NCBI RefSeq assembly: GCF_056712565.1
Contig: NZ_CM160072.1
Reading direction: 5' to 3' (one strand)
DNA: 64,000 nucleotides
Below, piece after piece: positions 11,481-22,074 of this stretch. A program made the position numbers and the translations under genes. The number at the start of each line of letters is the position of its first letter. Within the stretch, counting starts at the first letter, position 1. Below the pieces are notes generated by a model that had not been told where the DNA came from, searched no databases, and worked only from the letters and a program-made list of their open reading frames with translations.

Positions 11481-11552
11481 GATTTCTCCTTTATTACAGC
11501 GGTAAAAAGTCTGGCTCATTATAGGGAGCCAGACTTTTATTACCAACCGCAA

Positions 11553-12014
11553 TTAATTGGCCAGCACCACATTATGGGAAAACTCTTTTTCACAGTATTT
11601 GCATTTGAGCGCGATATCATTGGCGCGTTTTCGCACGGCAAAGCTGGATGAAACCGGTTCGGCATGGCTGATACAGTTGCTGTTCGGGCAGACCAGCACA
11701 TTGTCGATGCGCTCTGGCAGACTGGGGCGCGATTTGCCAACCACTTCATAGTTGTCGATACGGTTAACCGTGGCTTGCGGTGCATATAACGCCAGCTGAT
11801 CAACCTGATCCTCACTTAAAAAGGTATTTTCGATTTTGATCAGATCCTTGCGCCCCATCTCGCCAGAAGGCAGGTTCAGACCAATGGTGATGCGCTGATC
11901 TGTTTCGGTCAACTTGAACAGACTCAACAGTTTAAAACCGATCTGGGCGGGGATATGGTCAATTACCGTGCCGCGTTTAATAGCTTCAACCTGCAATTTA
12001 TTATCGTGTGTCAT
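11553..12014 (-). CDS. pyrI: aspartate carbamoyltransferase regulatory chain
   Basis: 153 aa; C-terminal zinc domain with CPNSNC and CKYC cysteines. Confidence 0.95.
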
Positions 12015-12026
12015 CTCTATTTCCCC

Positions 12027-12962
12027 TTACAGTACCAGATCGCGATTCAGAACCAGTGCCAGTAACGCCTGGCGAGCGAAAATCCCGTTGCCTGCTTGCT
12101 GGAAGTACCAGGCGTGAGGCGTTTTATCCACATCCGTCGCAATCTCATCAACACGCGGCAGCGGATGCAGCACTTTCATATTGGCTTTGGCGTTGTGGAG
12201 ATCGCTGGCGCGAAGAACAAACTGCGCTTTCACGTTGGCGTACTCGGACGGGTCCAGACGCTCTTTTTGCACGCGGGTCATGTACAGGATGTCTACTTCC
12301 GCCATCACTTCTTCAATAGAGCTGTGCAGACTCCAGGCGATCCCTTTTTCATCGAGCATATCCAGAATGTATTGCGGCATTGCCAGCGCATCCGGCGCGA
12401 TAAAGTAAAAACGGTTGCCGTCGAACTTCGCTAGCGCCTGGGTCAGGGAGTGAACGGTGCGGCCATATTTCAGGTCACCAACCATTGCGACGTGGAGATT
12501 GTCCAGACGCCCCTGGGTTTCCTGAATGGTGAATAAGTCCAGCAAGGTTTGCGTCGGATGTTGGTTGGAGCCATCACCGGCATTCAGTACCGGTACATTG
12601 CCGGAAAACTCGGTGGCCAGGCGCGCTGCACCTTCCTGCGGATGACGCATCACTATCGCATCGACGTAAGTGCTGATAACCGAAATGGTATCGGCCAGCG
12701 TTTCGCCCTTTTTACCCAGTGATGTATTGGCGCTGTCGGAGAAGCCCACCACGCTGGCACCCAGGCGGTGCATGGAAGTTTCGAAAGAGAGGCGGGTGCG
12801 GGTAGAGGCTTCGAAGAAACAGCTGGCAATAACTTTGTGCTTCAACAGCTCTGGTTGCGGGTTCGCTTTCAGTTTCGCCGCTGTCGCCAGCACCAGATTA
12901 AGGTCATCGCGACTAAGGTCGTTTATGGAAATGATATGTTTCTGATATAGCGGATTAGCCAT
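12027..12962 (-). CDS. pyrB: aspartate carbamoyltransferase catalytic chain
   Basis: 311 aa; STRTR carbamoyl-phosphate binding motif and HPLP motif. Confidence 0.95.
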
Positions 12963-12965
12963 CTT

Positions 12966-13100
12966 TTATCTCCTGACGCCTGGGCAAAAAAAAGCCCCTC
13001 GATTGAGGGGCTGGGAATGGGTGATCAACGGGAAGAAAAACGGCAGGCCAGCGTCTTTTTTCAGACGCGGTAAGACAAAATGTCGAACACACTGAACCAT
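12966..13100 (-). CDS. pyrL: pyrBI operon leader peptide (44 aa)
   Basis: reverse-strand translation gives MVQCVRHFVLPRLKKDAGLPFFFPLITHSQPLNRGAFFCPGVRR. Confidence 0.85.
   Translation of the reverse strand: MVQCVRHFVLPRLKKDAGLPFFFPLITHSQPLNRGAFFCPGVRR
12984..13011 (-). terminator. pyrBI attenuator hairpin (gcccctcaatcgaggggc followed by U-run)
   Basis: GC-rich hairpin plus T8 run on the coding strand inside the pyrL ORF. Confidence 0.8.
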
Positions 13101-13189
13101 ACATCCTCCCGGCAAATTGTCCGGCATTATACTCAGCTCTGAGAGAGGATCAAGAAGATGATGCAGTTATAAAGCAAGGCAAACGGTTA

Positions 13190-13678
13190 TCATGAATATA
13201 TATTCAATTTTAATAAGTAATTAATTTGCTTGTGCACCAGGGCTGTACGCTTTACCACACGTGGTGCGACCCAAACGATATTGCTGCCAGCAATCACGCC
13301 AAGAATTTCTGGCAAAGCATGGAAATCAAGGATTCGTGCTACTGCCCGACCATATCCGGCGACGGTATGGATAAGGATAAATTCACCATTATGCTCGACA
13401 CTCAGGACCATTTCAGCGACGGATCGACCTGCGTCAGGTGTGGGAAGTAATTGAGGATTCACCGAATAAATTTTTTGTCCTTTTGTATTTCTAATTTTTA
13501 TGACTCCCAGCAATTTCAGTAGTCGTGAAACGGTTGACTGACTGATACTGTCAAAGCCATGGTTTTGCAAATCGCGGCGGATTTCCTCCTGTGAAAGATA
13601 ACTTTTTTCGGTAATCAGGCGCTGACAGACCGCCAGTTGCTTCTTTTCTTTGGCGGAGTAATCATCGTATTCCTTCAT
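13190..13678 (-). CDS. ArgR-family transcriptional regulator, candidate ADI-cluster regulator
   Basis: 162 aa from MKEYDD (RBS aaaggtg upstream); winged-helix N-domain (SQSTVSRLLKLLG) and ArgR-like C-terminal oligomerisation domain. Confidence 0.75.
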   Translation of the reverse strand: MKEYDDYSAKEKKQLAVCQRLITEKSYLSQEEIRRDLQNHGFDSISQSTVSRLLKLLGVIKIRNTKGQKIYSVNPQLLPTPDAGRSVAEMVLSVEHNGEFILIHTVAGYGRAVARILDFHALPEILGVIAGSNIVWVAPRVVKRTALVHKQINYLLKLNIYS

Positions 13679-13793
13679 AATGCACCTTTTATTTATTATT
13701 ACCTGATGATATTTTTCACATTTTATAATGTGAGAGTGGTTCATTTATCACTACACCAGATTTGAAGGCCGCTTTGATAAGCGGCCTGTCGCG

Positions 13794-15197
13794 TTAAATC
13801 ATCGCGGCGATACTCAGCACAATCATATTCAACATCGTGAGAATCAGCAGTAGCGGTGCTACCCATCTCAGATAACGGACCCAGGGTACACGGGCAATCG
13901 CCAGACCGCCCATCACTACCGCAGAGGTTGGCGTAATCAAATTAACCACCCCGGAAGCAGACTGATAAGCGGTCACCACCAGATCGCGTTGTACATGAGC
14001 AAAATCAGCGAGTGGAGCCATTATTGGCATCGTTAACACTGCAAGGCCGGAAGATGAGGGAACCAGAAAAGAGAGCAATACTTCCAGCCAATAGGTCACG
14101 TTGATGAAAACAGTGGTGGAAAGCCCTGAAACCAGATTCTCAGCACTGTGCAGAATTGTGTGCGTAATCATGCCGTTATCCATCACGACCACAATACCGC
14201 GGGCGATGCCGATAATCAGTGCCACACCAAGGAGATCCCGCGCGCCGTCAATAAAGGTACTGGTGAAGGTTTCTTCGCCCATGCGGGCAATGACACCCAC
14301 GATGACCGCAGCTGCCAGAAAGACAGCAGAGATTTCCGCCATCCACCAACCCAGTACCGCTACGCCGTAAATCATAAAGGCAAAGGATGCAGCAAAAAGT
14401 ATCAGGATCGCTTTGCGCGTGGGGGTAAATTCCAGCATCGTTTCTGAACGATTTCCCAGAAAATGCGCCTGGTTTTCAGCCATCTTATCCGCCACGATAG
14501 AGCTTTCCGGACTGTTGCGAACTTTGCGGGCATAACGCATAACCCAGTAAACACAAATCACGTAGCCTACTAACAGCAAAATAACACGCAGCAAAATGCC
14601 CTGAGTAAAGGGGATCCCTGCGGCGTTGGCAGCAATGACGGTAGCAAATGGGTTAATGGTTGAGCCCAGCGTGCCAATGCCCGATCCCAATAACACTGTG
14701 GCGGCAGCGACCAGAGGATCAAAGCGGGCAGCCATCATGACGGGCACCAGCAACGTGTAGAAGGGGAGTGATTCTTCCGCCATCCCATAAATAGTACCGC
14801 CAGCAGCGAAGAGCGCCATCAGGATCGGAATCATCCACTCTTCCCGACCATTAAGGCGAGTTGTCACTCGTTCGATACCGGCATCTATTGCTCCGGTTTT
14901 ATTTACTACTCCCAAAAATCCACCGATGATCAGGACAAACAGCGCGACATCAATCGCTCCCGCAGTGTAGGTTTGATGGTTGTACAAGCCGTCGATGGGC
15001 GCTAACAGGACAGCCGTAATACCCTGTGGTTGCGCCTCAACAGGTGCGTAAGTGCCTGCAACAGGAACTTCCTTTCCCAGTGCGGCATTTGTCACCATCT
15101 GATATTTTCCCGCAGGTACAATCCAGGTCATTGCCGCAACTAACGCAATCAGCACGAACAAGATGGTATAAGCGGTGGGAAATTTGAATTTACCCAT
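13794..15197 (-). CDS. YfcC-family polytopic membrane transporter, candidate arginine/ornithine exchanger
   Basis: 467 aa from MGKFKF (RBS ggag); many hydrophobic helices; sits between arcB-like and argR-like genes. Confidence 0.7.
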   Translation of the reverse strand: MGKFKFPTAYTILFVLIALVAAMTWIVPAGKYQMVTNAALGKEVPVAGTYAPVEAQPQGITAVLLAPIDGLYNHQTYTAGAIDVALFVLIIGGFLGVVNKTGAIDAGIERVTTRLNGREEWMIPILMALFAAGGTIYGMAEESLPFYTLLVPVMMAARFDPLVAAATVLLGSGIGTLGSTINPFATVIAANAAGIPFTQGILLRVILLLVGYVICVYWVMRYARKVRNSPESSIVADKMAENQAHFLGNRSETMLEFTPTRKAILILFAASFAFMIYGVAVLGWWMAEISAVFLAAAVIVGVIARMGEETFTSTFIDGARDLLGVALIIGIARGIVVVMDNGMITHTILHSAENLVSGLSTTVFINVTYWLEVLLSFLVPSSSGLAVLTMPIMAPLADFAHVQRDLVVTAYQSASGVVNLITPTSAVVMGGLAIARVPWVRYLRWVAPLLLILTMLNMIVLSIAAMI

Positions 15198-15253
15198 AAT
15201 GTGATCTCCATAATCACGGGCATACGCCACTCGTCGACGCATGCCCGTCAGGG

Positions 15254-16258
15254 TTAGTCGCCGAGAGTTGCTACCATCACCGCTTTAATGGTGTGCATCC
15301 GGTTTTCTGCTTCATCGAAAACAATGGAGTGGGCAGATTCAAAAACCTCATCAGTTACTTCCAGTCCTTTGAGGCCGTAGGCCATCTCGATCTCGCGTCC
15401 TACTGTGGTGTGCTCATTATGGAAGGCGGGCAGGCAGTGCATAAATTTGACTTCAGGGTTACGCGTGGCAGTAATCACCTGTTGATTGATCTGATAAGGT
15501 GTCATAAGACTCACTCGTTCTGCCCAGGCTTCTTTTGGCTCTCCCATCGAAACCCAAACATCCGTATAGAGAAAATCAACGTCGTATACGCCTTCTTCCA
15601 CATCCTCTGTCAGGGTGATTCTCGCCCCAGTCACGCTGGCGATCTCACGGCATTGTGTTACCAGCGCTTCATCTGGCCAGAAAGATTTTGGTGCCACCAG
15701 ACGGATATCCATCCCCATTTTTGCAGCACCAACCATCAGCGAGTTCCCCATGTTATTTCGGGCATCACCAAGATACGCAAAGCTCAGCTCTGGCAGCGTT
15801 TTGCCTGGCGCATGTTCCAGCATGGTCATTAAATCCGCGAGGATCTGTGTCGGGTGAAATTCATTGGTCAGTCCGTTCCATACCGGAACACCAGCGAACT
15901 CACCTAATTCTTCAACGATATTCTGACCATAACCGCGATACTCAATACCGTCATACATGCGTCCGAGTACGCGAGCGGTATCTTTCATTGATTCTTTATG
16001 GCCGATTTGTGAGCCGCTGGGGCCGATGTAAGTCACCTGCGCACCTTGATCAAAGGCCGCGACTTCAAAGGCACAGCGGGTACGGGTAGAGGATTTTTCA
16101 AAAATCAACGCAATGTTTTTACCGACCAGCGTTTGTTTTTCGTTTCCAGATTTCTTGGCGGCTTTAAGATTGATAGCCAAATCAATCAGGTATTGAATCT
16201 CTGCTGGGGTGTAATCAAGCAGCTTAAGAAAATTACGGTTTTTCAGTGAAGTAGCCAT
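15254..16258 (-). CDS. arcB: ornithine carbamoyltransferase (catabolic, ADI pathway)
   Basis: 334 aa from MATSLK; STRTR and HCLPA motifs; paralog of argI five kb away. Confidence 0.85.
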   Translation of the reverse strand: MATSLKNRNFLKLLDYTPAEIQYLIDLAINLKAAKKSGNEKQTLVGKNIALIFEKSSTRTRCAFEVAAFDQGAQVTYIGPSGSQIGHKESMKDTARVLGRMYDGIEYRGYGQNIVEELGEFAGVPVWNGLTNEFHPTQILADLMTMLEHAPGKTLPELSFAYLGDARNNMGNSLMVGAAKMGMDIRLVAPKSFWPDEALVTQCREIASVTGARITLTEDVEEGVYDVDFLYTDVWVSMGEPKEAWAERVSLMTPYQINQQVITATRNPEVKFMHCLPAFHNEHTTVGREIEMAYGLKGLEVTDEVFESAHSIVFDEAENRMHTIKAVMVATLGD

Positions 16259-16268
16259 GGGGATGTCC

Positions 16269-17213
16269 TTATAAAAATGGATCAAGCGTGGTTATGGGGG
16301 TATCAAGGCGAATAAGAGTGCCTTTGTCTCCGGCGAGAATTTCCGGACCATCTGCAAGAGAGCCGATCCCTGCAATGCCCCGGCACTGACTAACAAACTT
16401 TGCGCAGGCGGTGACTTTCGGCCCCATAGACCCGGCATCAAACTGCATTTCGTTGAGTAATTCCGGCGTGACCTGGGCCAGCGGGCGTTGGGTTGGCTTG
16501 CCCCAGTCGAGATATACTGCGTCCGCATCAGTGAGGATCAACAAGGCGTCAGCATGGATCTGACTTGCCAGTAGCGCGGCTGAAAGATCTTTGTCGATAA
16601 CCGCTTCAATCCCATGGTATCCATCGGCTTTTTCAACCACCGGAACACCACCGCCACCATTACAGATCACCAGATGATCGTGGGCGATCAGTGTCTGGAT
16701 GGCATCCCGCTCGACGATGCGTTTAGGTTGTGGAGAAGGTACGACCCGGCGGAAAGAGTGACCATCTGCTTTGAAAACCCAGCCTTTTTCTGCCTGTAGT
16801 ACCTGAGTCTGAGCGTGGTCATAAATTGGGCCGATGTACTTAGTTGGGTTACTGAAGGCGGGATCGTTGGCATCCACTTCAACCTGCGTCAGCAGAACGC
16901 TGATTTCACGTTGTGGTAGTTGATTTTTCAGCGCCTGTTGTAGCATGTAGCCGATCATCCCCTGGCTTTCGGCCCCCAGAATGTCGAGTGGATAGGGAGC
17001 GACATGGGCATAGGCGCTATTTTGAAGTGCCAGAAGTCCAACTTGTGGACCATTCCCGTGAACCAGTACAACCCGCCAGTGTTGAGTCAGTTGGGCGATA
17101 GTTTTAGCCGCAAGATCGATATTTTTACGTTGGATTTCTGCTTCGAGTGGTTCGCCTCGTTTAAGCAGGGCATTACCGCCGAGAGCGATAACCAGTGTTG
17201 GTTTGTTTTCCAT
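16269..17213 (-). CDS. arcC: carbamate kinase
   Basis: start placed at [17 protein letters not shown] (RBS aaggaag); amino-acid kinase fold. Confidence 0.85.
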   Translation of the reverse strand: MENKPTLVIALGGNALLKRGEPLEAEIQRKNIDLAAKTIAQLTQHWRVVLVHGNGPQVGLLALQNSAYAHVAPYPLDILGAESQGMIGYMLQQALKNQLPQREISVLLTQVEVDANDPAFSNPTKYIGPIYDHAQTQVLQAEKGWVFKADGHSFRRVVPSPQPKRIVERDAIQTLIAHDHLVICNGGGGVPVVEKADGYHGIEAVIDKDLSAALLASQIHADALLILTDADAVYLDWGKPTQRPLAQVTPELLNEMQFDAGSMGPKVTACAKFVSQCRGIAGIGSLADGPEILAGDKGTLIRLDTPITTLDPFL

Positions 17214-17223
17214 GATCTCTTCC

Positions 17224-18447
17224 TTAGATACCGTCACGATGCAAAGGGCAACTCATGCAACGTGCGCCGCCACGTCCGCGGCCTAATTCATCACCGGGGA
17301 TGGGTAAAACGGTGATGCCTGCTTTGTCATATTTTTCGTTAGTCCAGATGTTGCGCTCGTAGCCCACTACCACTCCCGGCCGAAGCGTGAGCACATTGTT
17401 AGCGTCATTCCACTGTTCGCGTTCTGCCTCAAAGGCATCACCCCCCGTGGTGATTAAACGTACCTGGTCAATACCGAGGGCTTTTTCGATAGCATGGAGG
17501 AGTGTGCTTTCTTGAGTACGTTTCAGGCCGCCGTGACCGTCAGGTGTTAGCGTCCAGCAATTAACATCCGGGCGCACAACTTCGGGATAAACCGAGAAGG
17601 TGTCGATATCGATATGAGTCATAACGGTGTCAAGATGCATACAGGAGCGGTGTTTAGGCAGCTCAACAGCGATTACCCGTTCAGCCTGACGATGTTTAAA
17701 CAATGCCTGAGCAAGAAACTCGATTCCTTGTGGCGTGGTGCGTTCAGACATGCCGATCAACACGGCCCCCCGACCAATCACCAGCACATCACCACCTTCT
17801 AACGTGGCGTGGTCATAATTAATATTCTCGTCGCCGAAATATTTAATAAATTCGCCGCCAGCAAATTGTGGATGCCAGCGATAAATAGCGCGTAGATTAT
17901 TGGTTTCACGTTGGCGAGCAGGTTTTGCCATTGGATTAATCGATACACCGTTATAAATCCAGCATGAGGTATCACGCGTAAATAAATGATTCGGTAACGG
18001 CTTCATAATGAAATCATTAATATCGTGGGTATCAACCACCATATTTTTAATTGAGGCGGGAATTTCACTATAAGTCAGCCCACCACTTAAATGACGAGCA
18101 AGGTCCCGGTGTGACATCTCTGCAAGCCAGGTGCGAACGTCAGTAGCAAACGTAGGGCCGAGTCGGTAATCTGATATTTGTGTTTCCAGTAACCAGCTTT
18201 TGGCTTCCGGGATATCCAATGTTTGTGTTAGTAAATCAGTGAGTAACAGAACTTCTATCCCTTGCTGGCGCAGCGTATTGGCGAAAATATCATGCTCTTC
18301 ACCTGCCCGCTCAACGGACAATACATCGTCAAATAACAACTCCTGGCAATTGGATGGTGTTAGACGTTTCAGACTGAGATTTGGGCGATGCAACATAACG
18401 CTGCGTAGTTGTCCAATTTCAGAACCAACATAATGCTTTTCCATCAT
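17224..18447 (-). CDS. arcA: arginine deiminase
   Basis: 407 aa; ADI-family sequence with C-terminal catalytic cysteine region (ARCMSCPL). Confidence 0.88.
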   Translation of the reverse strand: MMEKHYVGSEIGQLRSVMLHRPNLSLKRLTPSNCQELLFDDVLSVERAGEEHDIFANTLRQQGIEVLLLTDLLTQTLDIPEAKSWLLETQISDYRLGPTFATDVRTWLAEMSHRDLARHLSGGLTYSEIPASIKNMVVDTHDINDFIMKPLPNHLFTRDTSCWIYNGVSINPMAKPARQRETNNLRAIYRWHPQFAGGEFIKYFGDENINYDHATLEGGDVLVIGRGAVLIGMSERTTPQGIEFLAQALFKHRQAERVIAVELPKHRSCMHLDTVMTHIDIDTFSVYPEVVRPDVNCWTLTPDGHGGLKRTQESTLLHAIEKALGIDQVRLITTGGDAFEAEREQWNDANNVLTLRPGVVVGYERNIWTNEKYDKAGITVLPIPGDELGRGRGGARCMSCPLHRDGI

Positions 18448-18567
18448 TATTCCTTTAACACTTTTTCAAAAATAAAGAGGAGATGGCTGCAAACAAATTA
18501 AATGCTTGTAGTCAGGTCTGTTCAGTAATTTTCAGATGCAATGATTCAGTTTATTTCTTCCAGAAAA

Positions 18568-18583
18568 TGTGACGACTTTCACA
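18568..18583. promoter_or_regulatory. perfect CRP/FNR-family palindrome TGTGA-N6-TCACA upstream of arcA
   Basis: tgtgacgactttcaca read directly, about 125 bp upstream of the arcA start in a 674-bp AT-rich intergenic region. Confidence 0.5.
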
Positions 18584-19094
18584 CCAGTGATGATATTAAT
18601 AATCGCAGTTAATAATATTTGATGCGGTTCTGATAAATGATAAAGAAACAAAATACGATAATGCATTAATACGCAAATATACGCAGAGTTATTCTTCGTT
18701 GTTAATTGATTGTTTTATTTTTCAGGAAATGCCTTTAAGTATAAAGCATTGATATTTATGTATATTTTAATATTCATTGCATATCTATGCGAAAGAATAA
18801 GGTGATTATTTTTCACAGCACTATTTTCACGGGATAACTATGACAGCACGGGCATTAAAAGCTAAGAAAATGAACTGTGATCTGACTGAGAGTTTTCTTT
18901 TAACATATGCAATAACAAGATATTAGGACCAAAATACATAGCTAAGTTATAAGATTTATGCAGCAAAACTGCATACAAAATTACTCCTGCTTAACATCAG
19001 TACAACATCTCCAGCAATAAACATGCGCAAGGGCAAAACCTGATGATTTTTCTATGGTGAGAGGTGGCTTTTTTTCGTATAAGGAAAGAAGTGA

Positions 19095-19574
<480 letters not shown>

Positions 19575-19619
19575 GTGATCACTGCCGGGGGGCGACCTGT
19601 GCCGCCGCCCGGCAAAACG

Positions 19620-20624
19620 TTATTTTGCTAATGTAGCGACCATAACAGCTTTTATGGTGTGCATCCGGTTTTCTGCCTGGTCAAAGACAATACTTGCCGG
19701 AGATTCAAAGACTTCATCGGTGACTTCCATTCCACCATACAGACCGAATTCTGCGGCCATTTTTTTACCCAGCGTGGTTTGCTCATCATGAAATGCAGGC
19801 AGACAGTGGAGGAACTTAACCTGCGAATTACCGGTCAGGGCCATCATTTTGCTATTCACCTGATAGTCACGCAGCAGGGCAATACGCTCCGCCCATTTCT
19901 CTTTGGGCTCACCCATCGATACCCAGACATCGGTATAGATAAAGTCTGCACCTTTAACCCCAGAGGCGATATCTTCCGTCAAGGTGATTTTACCCCCGTG
20001 TTTTTGTGCCAGAGCACTGCATTCGGCGACCAGCGCAGCTTCCGGCCAGCATGCCTGTGGCGCGACCAGACGCAAATCCAGACCGGTAAGCGCCGCAGCT
20101 TCGAGCATCGAATTGCCCATGTTGTTACGCGCGTCACCTGCATAGACCAGCGTCATTTCGTTGAATGCTTTGCCGGGCAAATGCTCCTGCATGGTGAGGA
20201 GATCCGCCAGCAGCTGCGTGGGGTGGAACTCATTGGTCAGGCCGTTCCATACTGGCACGCCAGCGTATTCCGCCAGTGTTTCGACAATCTCCTGACCATA
20301 GCCGCGATACTGAATACCGTCATACATGCGACCAAGCACGCGGGCAGTGTCTTTAATCGACTCTTTGTGACCAATCTGGCTGCCGCTTGGGCCGAGATAA
20401 GTAACGCGAGCACCCTGGTCATATGCGGCAACTTCGAAAGAGCATCGGGTACGGGTCGAGTCTTTTTCGAAGATGAGCGCGATGTTTTTGCCAGTGAGTC
20501 TGGCTTCTTCTTTACCGCTTTTCTTATCGGCTTTCAGCTTCGCGGCTAACTGCAACAAGCTGTTGAGTTCAGCTGGCGTGAAATCGAGTAATTTCAGGAA
20601 ATGCTTATGATAAAACCCGGACAT
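19620..20624 (-). CDS. argI: ornithine carbamoyltransferase (anabolic)
   Basis: 334 aa from [20 protein letters not shown] and HCLPA motifs; ARG boxes upstream. Confidence 0.93.
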
Positions 20625-20649
20625 AGATCCCTCCTGTGGCCAACGCCTT

Positions 20650-20688
20650 AATGAATTAAAATTCAATCTATATGGATGATTATTCATT
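20650..20688 (-). promoter_or_regulatory. argI operator: two tandem ARG boxes 3 bp apart
   Basis: aatgaattaaaattcaat and tatggatgattattcatt match the TNTGAAT-N4-ATTCANW consensus. Confidence 0.8.
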
Positions 20689-20785
20689 TGCAAGTCTAAA
20701 GCATAAATCTTTGTCACAAAGGTGGAGGCAATGTCAGTGGTGTGTGACAATAAGAGTATCGGCAGGACATTAAGAGGAATGAGCC

Positions 20786-21202
20786 ATGGCAAACCCGGAA
20801 CAACTGGAAGAACAGCGTGAAGAAACACGTTTGATTATTGAAGAATTACTGGAAGATGGCAGCGATCCGGACGCGCTGTACACCATCGAACACCATCTTT
20901 CCGCAGACGATCTGGAAACCCTGGAAAAAGCAGCAGTTGAAGCGTTTAAACTCGGTTACGAAGTGACCGATCCAGAAGAGCTGGAAGTTGAAGATGGTGA
21001 CATCGTGATTTGCTGCGACATCCTCAGCGAGTGTGCGTTGAATGCCGACCTGATCGATGCCCAGGTTGAACAACTGATGACGCTGGCGGAGAAATTTGAC
21101 GTTGAGTACGATGGTTGGGGCACTTACTTTGAAGATCCTAACGGCGAAGACGGCGACGATGAAGATTTTGTCGATGAAGACGATGACGGTATTCGTCACT
21201 AA
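20786..21202 (+). CDS. rraB: RNase E inhibitor RraB (acidic protein)
   Basis: 138 aa, very acidic C-terminus ([17 protein letters not shown]). Confidence 0.9.
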
Positions 21203-21209
21203 TTAAGCG

Positions 21210-21320
21210 TTGACGACAAAGGCTGCGTTACCTGATGCGCTACGCATATCAGGCCCAGGTAGTTCCTGCAACCTGGTGAATTTGTAGCCCGGATAAGGCA
21301 TTTACGTCACATCCTGCATA
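21210..21320. repeat. REP element
   Basis: ctgatgcgctacgcatatcaggcc and gcccggataaggcatttacg palindromic units. Confidence 0.6.
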
Positions 21321-21349
21321 CTCAAAAAGCACGTGGTTAATGTTCGAAT

Positions 21350-21378
21350 GCCCGCGAGTCTAAGCTCGCGGGCATTTT
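21350..21378. terminator. bidirectional terminator between rraB and yjgM (gcccgcgag-tctaa-ctcgcgggc + T-run)
   Basis: perfect 9-bp stem followed by attttt. Confidence 0.75.
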
Positions 21379-21882
21379 TCAAAGTTTGCGTAGCATCCGT
21401 ACTTCACAATCGACATGACCCGTGCAGCCAAGCGCATAGTCGATATGCTCAAAGCCCAAATGCTCATAAAGCGCAATGGCTTCCTTTAAAAAAGCGGTCG
21501 TTTCCAGATAGCAGCGTTTGAAACCCATTTCTCGCGCCTGCTCCATTGCCATTAAGGCCAGTTTTTTTGCCAGCCCTTTGCCGCGGATAGCCGGAAGAAA
21601 ATACATCTTTTGCAGTTCGCAAATGTCTGACTCACTCCCGGTTAATGGCGCAATCCCACCGCCGCCGACCACTTCACCCTCGTACTCAACCACCCAATAT
21701 GCGTGGCCAGGCTGACTATATACTTGATACAGCTCGTCAAGGTTCGGATCGGCGACGGTGTAGCCTTTATCAGCGGTAAGACCGTATTCGGCGGATACCT
21801 GACGAATGACGTGGGCGATAGCAGGATTATCGGCGACGGTAAGTTTGCGCAAACGGAGTGCGGGAGAAGCGACAACATTCAT
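21379..21882 (-). CDS. yjgM: GNAT-family N-acetyltransferase
   Basis: 167 aa from ATG at MNVVAS (the track ORF begins at an upstream TTG); acetyl-CoA binding motif region (RGKGLAKKL). Confidence 0.85.
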   Translation of the reverse strand: MNVVASPALRLRKLTVADNPAIAHVIRQVSAEYGLTADKGYTVADPNLDELYQVYSQPGHAYWVVEYEGEVVGGGGIAPLTGSESDICELQKMYFLPAIRGKGLAKKLALMAMEQAREMGFKRCYLETTAFLKEAIALYEHLGFEHIDYALGCTGHVDCEVRMLRKL

Positions 21883-22074
21883 AGCATAGCTCAATTTCAA
21901 ATGTATGATTTATAGCTCACTTTAATACCACCCTCGCTTAGGTGGTGCAAGAAGAAGATAAATCAGAAAATATTACGCATATCTCTCTGAGATAAAGCGT
22001 ATTCTAGGCGAACCAGTATCAATTGACTGGAATTATTATCGGTATGAATGGAATTTATTTTAGGGATATAGTTC

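Noticed and set aside
11480-11552. N-terminal extension of the ridA ORF (152 aa versus 128 aa)
   Set aside because: Extension lacks an RBS and overlaps the pyrI 3' end; the canonical start MSKTIATENAP is preferred
13679-13744. Longer start (MNHSHIIK...) for the ArgR-family regulator
   Set aside because: The downstream ATG (MKEYDD) has a good RBS (aaaggtg) and gives a length typical of ArgR proteins; the upstream start remains possible but is less likely
18700-18800. Possible ARG box in the arcA upstream region (tatattttaatattcatt)
   Set aside because: Only one half-site (ATTCA) matches the TNTGAATWWWWATTCANW consensus; too weak to call without a position weight matrix scan
19659-20549. 296-aa ORF antisense to argI
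   Set aside because: Same antisense artefact; argI on the other strand has strong motif and operator support
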